Of a stretch of DNA of 64,000 nucleotides, positions 10,579-21,277 are shown piece after piece. Numbering within the stretch: the first letter of the stretch is position 1; every line of letters starts with the position of its first letter. The position numbers were made by a program, and so were the translations under genes. Source of the stretch: Spirochaetia bacterium (GTDB lineage Bacteria > Spirochaetota > Spirochaetia > DSM-2461); the NCBI GenBank assembly GCA_963666985.2, contig CAXXIA010000002.1, positions 160,001 to 224,000 on the forward strand, given 5' to 3'. The notes under the pieces were generated by a model that did no database searches, was not told the DNA's origin, and saw only the letters and a list, made by a program, of their open reading frames with translations.

Positions 10579-11970
10579 TCCGAAGAATACTTTCCGCGCT
10601 TATTTTCGCATCCATTACCGTAATCTCCATCCCGCAGGCTTTCGGAGAGGAAGAACCCGAACGGGAAGATACGGTACTCGGCGAAACAGGCGGCCCTTTA
10701 ATCATTGAATGGGAATCCACCGGCGCTCTCTACCGCATCGAAATCCGCCGAGATGGGATTGTGTTTATCGATACCGAACAGCAGGAAAGCCGTCTGGAAC
10801 TGAATCTCGCTCCCGGACGATATGAATACCGCATCAGTGTGCTCAATCCCTTCGGCAAAACCGTCACATCGTCGGACTGGCAGTCATTAACCGTTTCCCG
10901 CGCCCGTATTCCTTATTTTCGCGTTATCACCCCCCTCACGGTTTGGGAAGGTGAAACTGCGGCCGAATTCGACATCGACTCATCCAATCTCAGAAACGAA
11001 ACGGTCTTTTCACTGGTAAACGGTGAAAAGCGAATTCGTGCGGAATGGATTCAAAAGGAAGGATACGACTCGGTTCGTGCGGATATTACGGAGCTTCCGC
11101 CCGGTTCTTGGAATCTTGAAGCCGTCGATCCTTCAAGACGTTCGTTTATTCATCCGGACGCATTAACGATCCGCCCGACCAGGCCGCCGAAAATCACCGA
11201 AGTCGATACGCCTCAAATACCCAATAGGGGTCTGGTTCCCATTGAAATCGAAGGCGAAGCCTTCGACGCGGAAATGGAAGTAACCGTAAAGGGACCCGGC
11301 GGAGAGTTGAAAATCGCCGCCGTGAATGTGGAAGACAGTAACAAAGCGGTCCTCTATCTCGATTTGGAGGGAGAGAAACCGGGAAGCTACACGATTACCG
11401 TCATTAATCCGGCAGGAGAAAAAGACAGCAGGAACGACATCCTCCTTGTTACGGAAGCCGAGGATTCGATAAAAGAAAAAAAAACAGCCGCGCATGGATC
11501 TTCAAGCGGGATTCCTAACCATGTTTTTATTCGCTTCCGATGAAATTCTGCTTGCTCCGATAGGCATTGAAGGAACCATGGGATTTCAATCGGGATTAAC
11601 CGCACCGTTTTTCAGAGGACTCGGCATGGAAACCCGGGGCACGTTCGGAATGATGATCGCACCGGATGTAAACAGCATCGGACTTACGCCGTTCGGCAGC
11701 CTGGATTTAACGGGCTATTGGAGACCCCTGGTGAGCGGGAGATGCGCGCCGGTTCTATTTTTCGGCATCGGAAACTTTTGGTCCGGCTACACATCGGAGG
11801 AAGGGAATAAAAATATTCTTTTCATCAGAACCGGATTCGCTTTCGATCTTATGCGGAAACATCGGATGCACGAACTCGCACGAGTGGGGATTAACATCCA
11901 GCTGGGACTCTGCAAAGACGAACAAATCGGTATGGTATCGATCATGATGAGACGCGGATTTCAAATGTGA
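10572..11970 (+). CDS. Paralog of the preceding FN3/IPT/beta-barrel protein; +1 frameshift in the A9 tract at 11476-11484
   Basis: ORFs 10572-11543 and 11494-11970 join (EKK-QPRMDLQAG) when one A is removed; same domain order as 9061-10578. Confidence 0.7.
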
Positions 11971-11996
11971 CTGATGCGGTTTCACTCAAAGTCCAT

Positions 11997-12022
11997 GGAA
12001 ACAACATCCGGAAACAACATCC
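11997..12022. repeat. Perfect 13-bp tandem direct repeat (GGAAACAACATCC)x2 upstream of the lipoprotein gene
   Basis: Read directly from the sequence. Confidence 0.85.
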
Positions 12023-12091
12023 GAACCGATAAAATGAATAAGGCACCCGTCCGATGCGGAAAAGACCATTGGGAAAGGATATATTGACGTT

Positions 12092-15000
12092 ATGTATCGC
12101 CTGAAGACGACAGTATTTACGGTTCTTCTCATCGCCGCCCTCCTGATTCTGGCCGGATGCAATGCCCTTCAGCGCGGCGATATCGGCCGATTCGTCGACG
12201 ACGAACTCGCCTTCAGTTCAATCGGCTTTCTGATGACCGACGGTTCCAACGGTTCTCTTCTTTACAGAAACGCCGTTACGAAAGTACACGGTACCGATAC
12301 CTATATCGAAATCACCATCCCCTACTTCACCGATCAGGCCGGAACCACGCCCCTCGTTCCGCAAACGGGAAGCGAACTCACCCTGACATTCGAAACCGTG
12401 GCCAAGGATGCCGAAGTCTTCGAATCAAACGATTTGGTCAATTCCATTTCCCCGGGCGTTGATTCGTTTACGTTTCACGACGGTTCCTATCCCTTAACAC
12501 GAGACTTTATTATCAGAAAAACCGATTCAAATGGCGATGTAAATGAACGAACTTTCACCATCAGCGTTGTGAAAAGCTTCTATCCGGTCGTTGAACTTAT
12601 CAGCAATCCGAGTTTCTCGGCACCGCCGGACTATCCGGCCGCCATCGCCGTTCATTTCGAGGATGAACTGGGCAATGAGATTCCATTCGGAACGCCTCTG
12701 GATACTCTGGATTCGGCCGACCAAATCTGGCTTTCGGACGGCGATGGTATCGACGAAGAATCTTCCAAAAAAAATATCACAGCCGATTTTACTTCCTGGG
12801 ATACGGCCACGGTAACCGATACCGGACTGGCTCCGGCCAGACCCTTGACTTTGGGGAATTTCTGGCTGACCGTCCCGGAAAGCAGTGCTTATTTCTACTT
12901 TGAAGATGAAAACGGATATCCAAGCGGCCTGAAGGAAGACACCTTTAAAACCGCTTGGAATCCCGATGCCGTTTATATGGCGGCTTGGGGAGACACAATC
13001 GCCAACGGAGCCACGGGAACCAAAACCGATCCGGTCGATAACCTTACCGATGCCTTATCGCTCACGGGTACCGCTTACTCCCGCTGGGAAATCCGCGTGG
13101 CCGAAGGTAAATATGATTTGGGCTCCGGTGAAACGATTGATGAAGATGTTTCCATCTACGGCGGCTACAAAACTGACTTTTCCAGCCAATATGACATGGA
13201 AGATGAAGATGTCCGGCTGGCGCATGGTTCGATCTTCACCGGTATTCCGACGGCCGGATCGGATTTTGACAGCATGGGGGGAGTTCTTACCTACAATCCG
13301 GGAACAACCATCAACACATCCTCCATTCTGTACGGCATCGTCATTCAGGCCGCCGATGCAGACAATGGAGGCGGGGATTACACCACGGCACTGAAAATTA
13401 CAGGCAACGCCAGCCCGACAATCCGGTTCTGCACCCTTACAGGCGGCGGCGGAGGGGCCTTAACGTTTTTCTCGGGGGCGGCATTAGTTAACGTAACATC
13501 CGGGGCCTCACCCACATTCCAATGGAACACGATATCAGCAGGGAAAGCCGCGGACGGGGCAAACGCCGGATTATACTCTTACGGCTCAACGACTTTTTTT
13601 ACCGCGACAAACAACACCATCGGCGGCGTTCAATCCACCGGCGGCAGCAGCCACGGTGTTTATCAGTATATGTCGGGATGTGAACTCGGCTACAATACCA
13701 TCTCATCCGCTCAAGCCTCATCCGACAGCATCGGAATTTACTCCAACCAATCAACCTCTTTTCTCCTGTACGGGAACAGAATCAGTTCGGCCGTCGCGGG
13801 CGATGAATCCACGGGAATTCTGAGTGTTAATATTCCCGCATCCTCTTCCGCCCATATCTACAAGAACGCCATTACCAGCGGGAGCGGAGATTCCAGTTAC
13901 GGATTTTATATTCTTAACGCCTCTTCGGCCGATTACGAAATCATGAACAACGCCGTATCCGTCGGCGGCGGTACAACAAATGCAAACGGGATCTATTTGT
14001 ACAACGCATCAAATCCAAATACATTTTATGTGTTCAACAACCTTTTTGATTCTTCCGACGCGGATTTCGCCGGTATTACCACATTCATCGATATTACCGG
14101 CGATTCTTTCTATCTGATTGAATGCAATGCCTTCGACGATGGCGATCATTCGATTGATATGGACTTAAGCGGCGGTACCGTAGCAACCCTCTGGGATACA
14201 CAGGAGAGTAACGATTACCTGCTTGGAAACATTACAAAAAGCTTTGCATTCAACTCCGGCGGCTATGTGACATCGGGAATGGACGCCAATCTGGCCTACG
14301 GCGGATACAGAACCTCAAGCTATTCAACGGATGCGCAAAATTACAATGCTTACGACTGGAACGGAGATTCCCGAACCTCCGGATATACGGCGAATTTCGA
14401 CTGGTCCATCGGTCCCTATGAAATCGACTCCATCAGTTTTCCTTCGGCCATATGCGTTACCATGCCCACCTCAACCAATCCGGGCAGCGACAAGTATGTT
14501 CTGGGAACGGCCCAATATCCCTTCGCGACCGTGGAGAGAGCCTATACCAAAATCACCAACTGGGGTGTTTCTCCATGGGAAATCCGCGTGGCCGTAGGCA
14601 CCTATACGTTTGATTCATCCATCACCATGAACACGGACGTAACGTTTCGCGGCGGCTGGAACCAGAATTTCACCTCACGGAGCAACACAGCCTATTCCAC
14701 CATATTAACCGGTGCCGTCACACCGCTTCTGGCCCTTGAAAACACAGCCGTAACCGAAGACTTCCTGATGGAAGGCCTTACGTTCGAGAGCACATACACC
14801 GGTAATGCGGTTCTCCTGGATATCACCAACTACGCTTGTCCCGTTATCCGGAATAATACGTTCGACGGTTCGGGAGTTACTCCGACACAATCCACCCTTC
14901 TCACCATCGATTCCTATTCCTGTCCAACAATTAATAACAATACGTTTAAGGGAGGCTCTCCATCGGGAGACGACTTCTGTATTGATATATCAAACCTTTC

Positions 15001-16654
15001 TTATCCTTCATTCAACAACAACATCATTACCGGCGGCACCCCTGCAGGTGCATCCATCGCCATTCGGATTCTCTCCTATTCCTATCCCTATTTCAATAAT
15101 AATGAAATCCATGGCGGCTCACCAACGGGCACAGGGGACTCTCTTTGCATGAGTTTCGATACAAGCGGATATTCGGTGGTAGAATACAACGACATCTACA
15201 GCGGTACACCGGCCAGCGGTGCTGTCGTTATGATACAGACAAACAATTCCAGCACACCAATTATTCGGGATAATGATCTTACCGGGAATTCCATCACCGG
15301 CAATTTTACCGGAATTAATATATTAAACAGTGCCGTTCCGGTTATCGACAGCAACACAATCACTACAGGCGACAGCGCCGCAGACATCTGTGGGATCCTG
15401 GGTACAACTTCCAGTGCCTATACAATTTCAAACAACATCATAACAACCGGAGCTGCGGGATCAACCAATACGAATTACGGCATAAGCTTGTCCAACAACA
15501 GCACTGCTCCTCCCACCATCAGCGGGAATGAGATTACCCTCGGTTCGGGTATAAACGTTTACGGACTTTACACAAACTCCGTGGAATCGGCCGTTATCGA
15601 GGGCAACAGCATTTCCGGAGGGAATGCAACGACGGCCTGTTACGGAATGTATCTGGATAGCTCCACCAGCAGCACAATAACCAACAGCGATATAGATATC
15701 GATGGTGACGGCTGTTCCTTAAGCTGCGGTCTGTATCTTGCTTCCAATTATTTAACCATAAACAACAATGAAATCAGCGGAGGAACCGGACAAATCGCCT
15801 ACGGATTAAACAGCAGCAGTGTGAGCTATCTTATTCTGACTGATAATATCATTACAGGAACCGCGGCCGGATCGGCAAGCACGACAATCTCCTATGGATG
15901 CTATTTCCCCGACGGCAACTATGTTTGTACAATCATCCAAAATACTATTCACGGAGGAGAGGCCACAACGAATTCCTATGGGATTTATGTTCTGCCGAAC
16001 ACACTGCATATCGTAAACAATCTTATCCACGGCGGAGGGCCGGTCAGCGGAACATCCTGCGGAATCCACATTTACGCTCCGGCCGCCTCCGGCTACTGGA
16101 GTACGATTTATAACAATACAATCTACGCCGGCCGCTCCAGCGGAATGAGTATCGGAATTAATATGAATTCCGACGATTATTACACCCGATTCAAAAACAA
16201 CCTGATTGTCGCCGGGAATCATTCGGGAAGCTACGGTATATACCAGAGCAATGCTTATGCGCCATATGAATTCCTTGAAAATATTATCCTGGGGACAGGC
16301 TCCAATTCCATTGCATACAGAGACTATAACTCCAACAATTATCTCACCGCCGATGATATCAATACGTATCTCACAGGAGAGGGAAAAACCTGTAGCTTTG
16401 CTTGTATTGCCGATACATCGGCCAACCTGACCGATGAACATCCTTCGGACTACCTTGTGTCTTTTACGGCGAACGGAGGCATTACGGAATTCCTCAGCGA
16501 TAACTGGCACTTAATCACCGGAGGAACACAGAACGCAACAACGGGAGGAGTCTCACTTCAGACCGACAGCAGCGGTGCCTACAGCTTTGATAACGACCGG
16601 GACGGCGGCAGCTCCCGGACCGATCCGTGGTCCATCGGGGCCTACGAGTACTAA
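12092..16654 (+). CDS. Large surface lipoprotein (1520 aa) with two parallel beta-helix (pectin-lyase fold) modules
   Basis: Lipobox LILAGC; two DUF1565-like starts (GT...P......A...WEIRVA.G.Y); many I..N.I..G repeats; each module ends D..G..R...WSIG[PA]YE. Confidence 0.85.
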   Translation: MYRLKTTVFTVLLIAALLILAGCNALQRGDIGRFVDDELAFSSIGFLMTDGSNGSLLYRNAVTKVHGTDTYIEITIPYFTDQAGTTPLVPQTGSELTLTFETVAKDAEVFESNDLVNSISPGVDSFTFHDGSYPLTRDFIIRKTDSNGDVNERTFTISVVKSFYPVVELISNPSFSAPPDYPAAIAVHFEDELGNEIPFGTPLDTLDSADQIWLSDGDGIDEESSKKNITADFTSWDTATVTDTGLAPARPLTLGNFWLTVPESSAYFYFEDENGYPSGLKEDTFKTAWNPDAVYMAAWGDTIANGATGTKTDPVDNLTDALSLTGTAYSRWEIRVAEGKYDLGSGETIDEDVSIYGGYKTDFSSQYDMEDEDVRLAHGSIFTGIPTAGSDFDSMGGVLTYNPGTTINTSSILYGIVIQAADADNGGGDYTTALKITGNASPTIRFCTLTGGGGGALTFFSGAALVNVTSGASPTFQWNTISAGKAADGANAGLYSYGSTTFFTATNNTIGGVQSTGGSSHGVYQYMSGCELGYNTISSAQASSDSIGIYSNQSTSFLLYGNRISSAVAGDESTGILSVNIPASSSAHIYKNAITSGSGDSSYGFYILNASSADYEIMNNAVSVGGGTTNANGIYLYNASNPNTFYVFNNLFDSSDADFAGITTFIDITGDSFYLIECNAFDDGDHSIDMDLSGGTVATLWDTQESNDYLLGNITKSFAFNSGGYVTSGMDANLAYGGYRTSSYSTDAQNYNAYDWNGDSRTSGYTANFDWSIGPYEIDSISFPSAICVTMPTSTNPGSDKYVLGTAQYPFATVERAYTKITNWGVSPWEIRVAVGTYTFDSSITMNTDVTFRGGWNQNFTSRSNTAYSTILTGAVTPLLALENTAVTEDFLMEGLTFESTYTGNAVLLDITNYACPVIRNNTFDGSGVTPTQSTLLTIDSYSCPTINNNTFKGGSPSGDDFCIDISNLSYPSFNNNIITGGTPAGASIAIRILSYSYPYFNNNEIHGGSPTGTGDSLCMSFDTSGYSVVEYNDIYSGTPASGAVVMIQTNNSSTPIIRDNDLTGNSITGNFTGINILNSAVPVIDSNTITTGDSAADICGILGTTSSAYTISNNIITTGAAGSTNTNYGISLSNNSTAPPTISGNEITLGSGINVYGLYTNSVESAVIEGNSISGGNATTACYGMYLDSSTSSTITNSDIDIDGDGCSLSCGLYLASNYLTINNNEISGGTGQIAYGLNSSSVSYLILTDNIITGTAAGSASTTISYGCYFPDGNYVCTIIQNTIHGGEATTNSYGIYVLPNTLHIVNNLIHGGGPVSGTSCGIHIYAPAASGYWSTIYNNTIYAGRSSGMSIGINMNSDDYYTRFKNNLIVAGNHSGSYGIYQSNAYAPYEFLENIILGTGSNSIAYRDYNSNNYLTADDINTYLTGEGKTCSFACIADTSANLTDEHPSDYLVSFTANGGITEFLSDNWHLITGGTQNATTGGVSLQTDSSGAYSFDNDRDGGSSRTDPWSIGAYEY

Positions 16655-16696
16655 AAAGCCTTCAACCATTACCGCATCATTGCGGCTCGATTTCCG

Positions 16697-16727
16697 AAAA
16701 AAGGCGGGAATTTAAAAACTCCCGCCT
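16697..16727. terminator. Hairpin between the convergent lipoprotein and SET genes (T-tract on minus strand)
   Basis: AGGCGGGA-N10-TCCCGCCT preceded by A6. Confidence 0.55.
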
Positions 16728-17321
16728 GCTTCCAGCTCCCTCTCTCCCCCGCTCCAGTACGCATCTCCGTAATCCACTGTAATCTCTTCTCCGGCCGCGA
16801 TGGACCTGCGGGCCAGAAAAACGATGCGCCAGCACCCTTTCCAGGGGAAATGTTCAGGGTACGATGAAGGATCGGCGGCATGATTCGCAAACCGCAGCGC
16901 TCCGCCCGCTTCCCGAGCGTCGATTTCCAGATTCCGACCGAGGGTACGGACGCGCGGGAATCCCCAGGGCGTAGTCCGATGTGAAGCCCCCATCCGGAAG
17001 CGGGCGCCCCGGCCGCGCGGGCCGGACGATACCGGTATATTCACCGATAAGATCGCCCGGAGAAAGCGCATCAAGAGTATAAAGAGCGCGGCCGAGGAGT
17101 CCGCCGAGGCTGCGGATTTCCAGGCGGGGAAGATGTGTGTTCTCACGCGGGCTCGGATCGGCATCCGATGCACTCTCTCTCACGGGTAGAGCGGCCCCGG
17201 CCGGCTCTACGGCGGCTTTCGACGCTGCCCCGCTTTCGGGATGAATCGTCAGCAGAGGTCCGTATCGTCCGGCAAGAGTGTCGAATTCCTTTCGATTGCG
17301 GGCGATAATACAGGGTTCGTG
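16712..17321 (-). CDS. SET-domain protein-lysine methyltransferase; +1 frameshift at ~16967-16969; start codon uncertain
   Basis: Joined frames give GRALYTLDALSPGDLIGEYTG...DYAWGFP...IDAREAGGALRFANH...IVFLARRSIAAGEEITVDYGDAYW. The 5' frame is open up to 17321 and the nearest start in it is GTG 17183. Confidence 0.82.
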
Positions 17322-17532
17322 TTACATCGCGTCCGGCCGAAGAGGGCGGTTCATATCGGTTGGAGGCCAGAAACTCAACACCGAGATGCGCAAAAAAGTT
17401 CCCTGAAGGCGGCGGGGGTCATTCTTCTTCCTTATCAATCTATTATTCAAATCCGACAGGCATCTAGAGGCATAACCGTTAAGCGAAGATGCGTTCATCA
17501 CGGCATTCACGAATTTTCCGAGGAGCTTTCAG

Positions 17533-17562
17533 TTGACATTTGGGTCCTCCTCGCGGTACATT
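17533..17562 (+). promoter_or_regulatory. Sigma70-like promoter of the tRNA gene
   Basis: TTGACA (17533-17538), 18-bp spacer, TACATT (17557-17562), just upstream of the tRNA. Confidence 0.55.
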
Positions 17563-17575
17563 GGCGCTCGGTTTC

Positions 17576-17648
17576 GGTGGCGTAGCTCAGTTGGTAGAGC
17601 AATCGGCTCATATCCGATCGGTCAGGGGTTCAAATCCCTTCGCCACTA
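17576..17648 (+). tRNA. tRNA-Met (CAT), elongator type; CCA not encoded
   Basis: Acceptor stem GGTGGCG/CGCCACT, D-arm TAGCTCAGTTGGTAGAGC, anticodon arm ATCGG-CTCATAT-CCGAT, T-loop TTCAAAT; lacks the fMet C1:A72 mismatch and the Ile2 C4/C5 identity elements. Confidence 0.95.
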
Positions 17649-17705
17649 AAACGTACCCGGAAGGTGTACGCACAGCACCCGGCTTTTGCCGCGGTTTTAT
17701 ATAGA

Positions 17706-17749
17706 GAGGGTCGTATTCCCGTTTGGGACGCGGCCCTCGGTTTTTTTTT
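17706..17749 (+). terminator. Rho-independent terminator after tRNA-Met
   Basis: GAGGGTCG...CGGCCCTC stem followed by T9. Confidence 0.75.
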
Positions 17750-20710
17750 ATAAGAACTTCAGCCTCTGAGCTTCTTCCATAAGCCGGCGGTTCCAGGGAT
17801 TGGCCGTTAGCCAGGCATGCTTGGTTTGATTGTCGTCGAAACGCCCGGCCCGGGCCTGAAGATCGTTAAAAGCCCAGCTCACAAACCGGGTTCGGGATTC
17901 ACGATCCTCCTCCGGTGTAATCACCGGCGGCCCAGTAAGCATAAAGATAGCTGAACGGCCTGGGGATACGGCGTCCGCCTTTCTCCAGAAGACCGAGAAG
18001 CCTATGCACCTGTATTCTCTTCGCCGTCCAGAGCCGCCAGATACGCATCGAAGCCCTCAATCCATTCGCCCAGGGAATCCAAAGGACCGTCGATAACCGG
18101 AAAGACGGCCTTCAATCGGAAAAAATCCGTCCGACCAGTCTTCGGCCTCTCCCTGAAGGCGGCGGCTGAGTCTTTTTTGCGGAAGAACATCGGCAAGACG
18201 CTTCCGGGCCGCCGCCGGATCTCCGACCATCCATGCCGCCTCGGCGGCGAAGGCCTCGGCCTCCCGGCCGGCTCCGTTCATTCGAATCCGCCGCCTCGTT
18301 AAGAAGACGCAACCCTTCAAGATTACCCGAAGAGAGCATGCACCGTCCTTTCCAAAGTCCCATGACGCACTCTTCGTCTTCGAGTCCGTAGAAATGGGCG
18401 AGACGGCGGCCCTCCTCGGCCGCGGCGGTTCCTTCCGCATAACGTCCGAGCTCCCACTGAATACGAACCTCAACGAGGGTTAAGAGAAGCCAAAGATCGC
18501 GCGGCGCCCCTCTTTCTGTGAAAAGATTCTGTATTCTCGGCAGTTTCGGAGAGCACGCGAAAGATTCCCGAAAAGAAACTGGGCCACCGTTTTCCATGGC
18601 GACGGCTCTGAGGACTCCCCAGGATGCATTCACTTGGCTGCCCGATGCGGGGCGGATATGCCGAAATGCTCCAGAGCGTCTCTGGTTTTTCCGGCGGCCA
18701 AAAGGGCCAGGGCCAGCTCCAGATGAGAATTGGTTTCCCCCTTCATGATCTCCGGCCTTCTGGAACGTGAACAGGGCATCCTTTGAGGCGCTCAGGGGCA
18801 TCATCCCAGCGCCCGAGTGCGTAAGAGTACCGGGGCATTGTGCAGCCGAAACCGCTCCGAATAAGCGCCTCTTCCGGCGACAAGCGTAACGGTGCCGTCG
18901 CGAACAAGATTCTTCGCGCCTTCCGAATCGCCTGTTAAAAGCACATAGCGCAAACGAGCTGGCGCCGACGACATTTTGCAGAGATTCCATGTTCGGATTA
19001 TCCAAATCCGAGAGAGGACATGGGAGGTCCATTAAGCAGGATACCGGCCATTCGGAGCCGGCGGTTGGTCATCAGACTGTCCAGAAGTCTGTCCAGAACC
19101 GCAATGCCGCGATTCATCGGTCCCCACCGTTCCAGATAACGAAAGAGCCGGAAAAGATCGACCGAATCACCGGCCCGGTAGCGGTTCCACAGATATTCAC
19201 CGAATCGTTCGGCCTCCCTGTGGCTTTCGAAGTCGTTTAAAAAAGCCGCCGGACCGCCGGGAATGCTTCGAACCCGGCCGTCCGGATCTTCACGAATCAG
19301 ACCGTAGTCGACAAGTCCTTCGTACAGGGCTCCTTCCCTCTGACGTTTTTTCCGCGTCTTCTCCATGACGCTCAATAAGAAACCGCCTGTCGGCCAACCC
19401 GGAAGAAGCATGCACGAGAAACAAAAGACGCTTGGCGTCGCTGTTCAGGGAGGCCACCAGAGCTTCGCCGGGATCCGATTCCAAGTCCAATCCCCTTTCC
19501 CGGGCCAAGAGACGGGTGGAACAGCCTGTAAAGACTGGCGCCGCAGGTTTCGGAAAGAGACGAAATTTCTTCCTCGTTCAGGGAGGTCCGCAGGAGGCCC
19601 CGTTCACCATGGTCCTCCACTCGATATCGGTCGGATTACGGAAGAGAACCTCCTGCCCCTTACCGGGCAGAGGCATCGATTCGGTGAAATCGTCCGAATC
19701 GCGGATAATGATGAGCCGAAAGGACTCCCTGCCGAGGAATTCCCCTACGAGCGAACGAAGCCAGAAAGAGGCCTCGGATTCGGGGCAGAAACCATCGACC
19801 ACCAGATATGCCGGCCGGCCGGCCTGACGGCGCCGTTCGACATGAGATTTCACATAGAGCGCGAAAGCCTGAATCAAATCTATGGCCCTTCGTCCCGGGA
19901 CGTTTCCCAGATACGGCCCTTTGTGCGACATTTCCAGCAGTTCCGCGCCTTCTTTTTCCACCAGGAGGCCTCCGCTTCATCCAGGGTATTCGGGGATTCC
20001 GGCGAACGGACGCTTTAAGGCGCGGATGAACGGCTCCATGGGATCCTCGGAATCCTCGGCGAACGGAATAACCAGAGGAGAGCCGCCGTCGTCGGGATAA
20101 AGAATCTTAAGAGCCTTCGCCAGAACGGCCTCTTCCCGGAACCGGAACGTCCCCGGATAACCAGAACCGTCCTCTCCGCGTCTTCGGAGTCGAGATTTTC
20201 CAAAGCCCTCATAACAACGGGCAGGCCGATCGGGGACGCTCCAGAAGCCTCGGCAGCCGCTCTTCGAGTCTTAAACCGACTTCCTTAACGGTCTCAACCC
20301 GAAACAAACCTTCTTCTTCCCCGATTTGAAAATATTCCTGAAAATCATCGGCGGCATCGTCCGACACCCAAAAGCCGTTTTCCCTCCGGAACGAGAAAAA
20401 GCAGCGATTCAATATCCCGACAGCTCTCGCCGTCCGTACCGGGAGATTTGTAAACAAACACGGTACTCCCGTAAAGCTCCCTATCATGCTCTCTGAGGCA
20501 GGCATGCATGGCACCGGCGGCCTCGGCCGTTTTGCGGGCGACTTCTCCCAATCCCGGCGGAAAGATAAAGGTTTCGGAATCAAGAGATCTTCCCCCGAAA
20601 CGCCCCGCAATCTCGTTCAATTCCGAACGAATTTTGCCGATAAGCGCAGGACGAAGTTTAATCAATTGATTAACATGGGATATCCCGGTATAAATTGAAT
20701 ACGAGTGCAT
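17748..20710 (-). CDS. About 980-aa STAND-like protein (degenerate cyclase-like N-terminus, P-loop NTPase, helical/TPR C-terminus), broken by many frameshifts
   Basis: Consecutive minus-strand fragments (20345-20710, 20209-, 20015-, 19578-, 19372-, 19290-, 18998-, 18112-, 18057-, 18002-, 17748-) tile the interval; Walker A VLVIRGRSGSGK, Walker B-like YLVVD, TPR-like LGRYAEGTAAAEEG. Confidence 0.6.
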
Positions 20711-20750
20711 GCATGAATCCTAATGGGGCTATTATAAACCAGAAGCTGAG

Positions 20751-21277
20751 ATGCGTCATATAGTATTCCAGGGCCGAAAGTATAAACACGTTATCATGAA
20801 TATCAGCGGCAATGCGCCCCTTTCATGAGATTCTCAAAAAAGTGAACGGCCTAACCATACCCGACAGCCCTCATGATGATGAACATACCCGATACGCCGT
20901 TCTCGAACTGATCAACAACTCCTTAAGGGCTCATCGGGAAAAAGGGATACTTGAAAATATCCGAACCGAATATAAAGTTAAAGATGACGAATTGGAAATC
21001 ATCATCACGGACAAAGGCGGCGGATTCGACATTTCGAAGCTGCCTTACGACATCGGGGATTCGGTCGACGACGTGGATACCAACGACGGCCGATTTCAAG
21101 AATACCGTGAGGAAAACCAATATAAAAGATTTGGAATGGGATTGCTTGTGGCAAAAAGGCTTTTCCCGATATTCTCAATCAATTTTTACGACAGTGAAGG
21201 AAATGAGGTTCCTTATGCCGCCGGGAGAAGTGGAAGGAACCAGAATTGATATGGGAATTAGGTTGAGCGATGTCTGA
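20751..21277 (+). CDS. HATPase_c (RsbW-like) ATP-binding protein; +1 frameshifts near 20817-20820 and ~21218
   Basis: N-box ELINNSLRAH, G1 ITDKGGGFD, G2 FGMGL, C-terminal GTRI; ATG 20751 joins the frame after removing one C. Confidence 0.78.

Noticed and set aside
11964..11990. CRP/cAMP box upstream of the lipoprotein gene
   Set aside because: TGTGA is present but the TCAC half-site is at the wrong spacing
12092..16654. Diversity-generating retroelement target (many AAC codons)
   Set aside because: No reverse transcriptase and no TR/VR pair; Asn richness is explained by beta-helix Asn ladders
17576..17750. Integrative element at tRNA-Met
   Set aside because: No integrase and no duplicated tRNA 3' end; the tRNA is followed directly by its terminator
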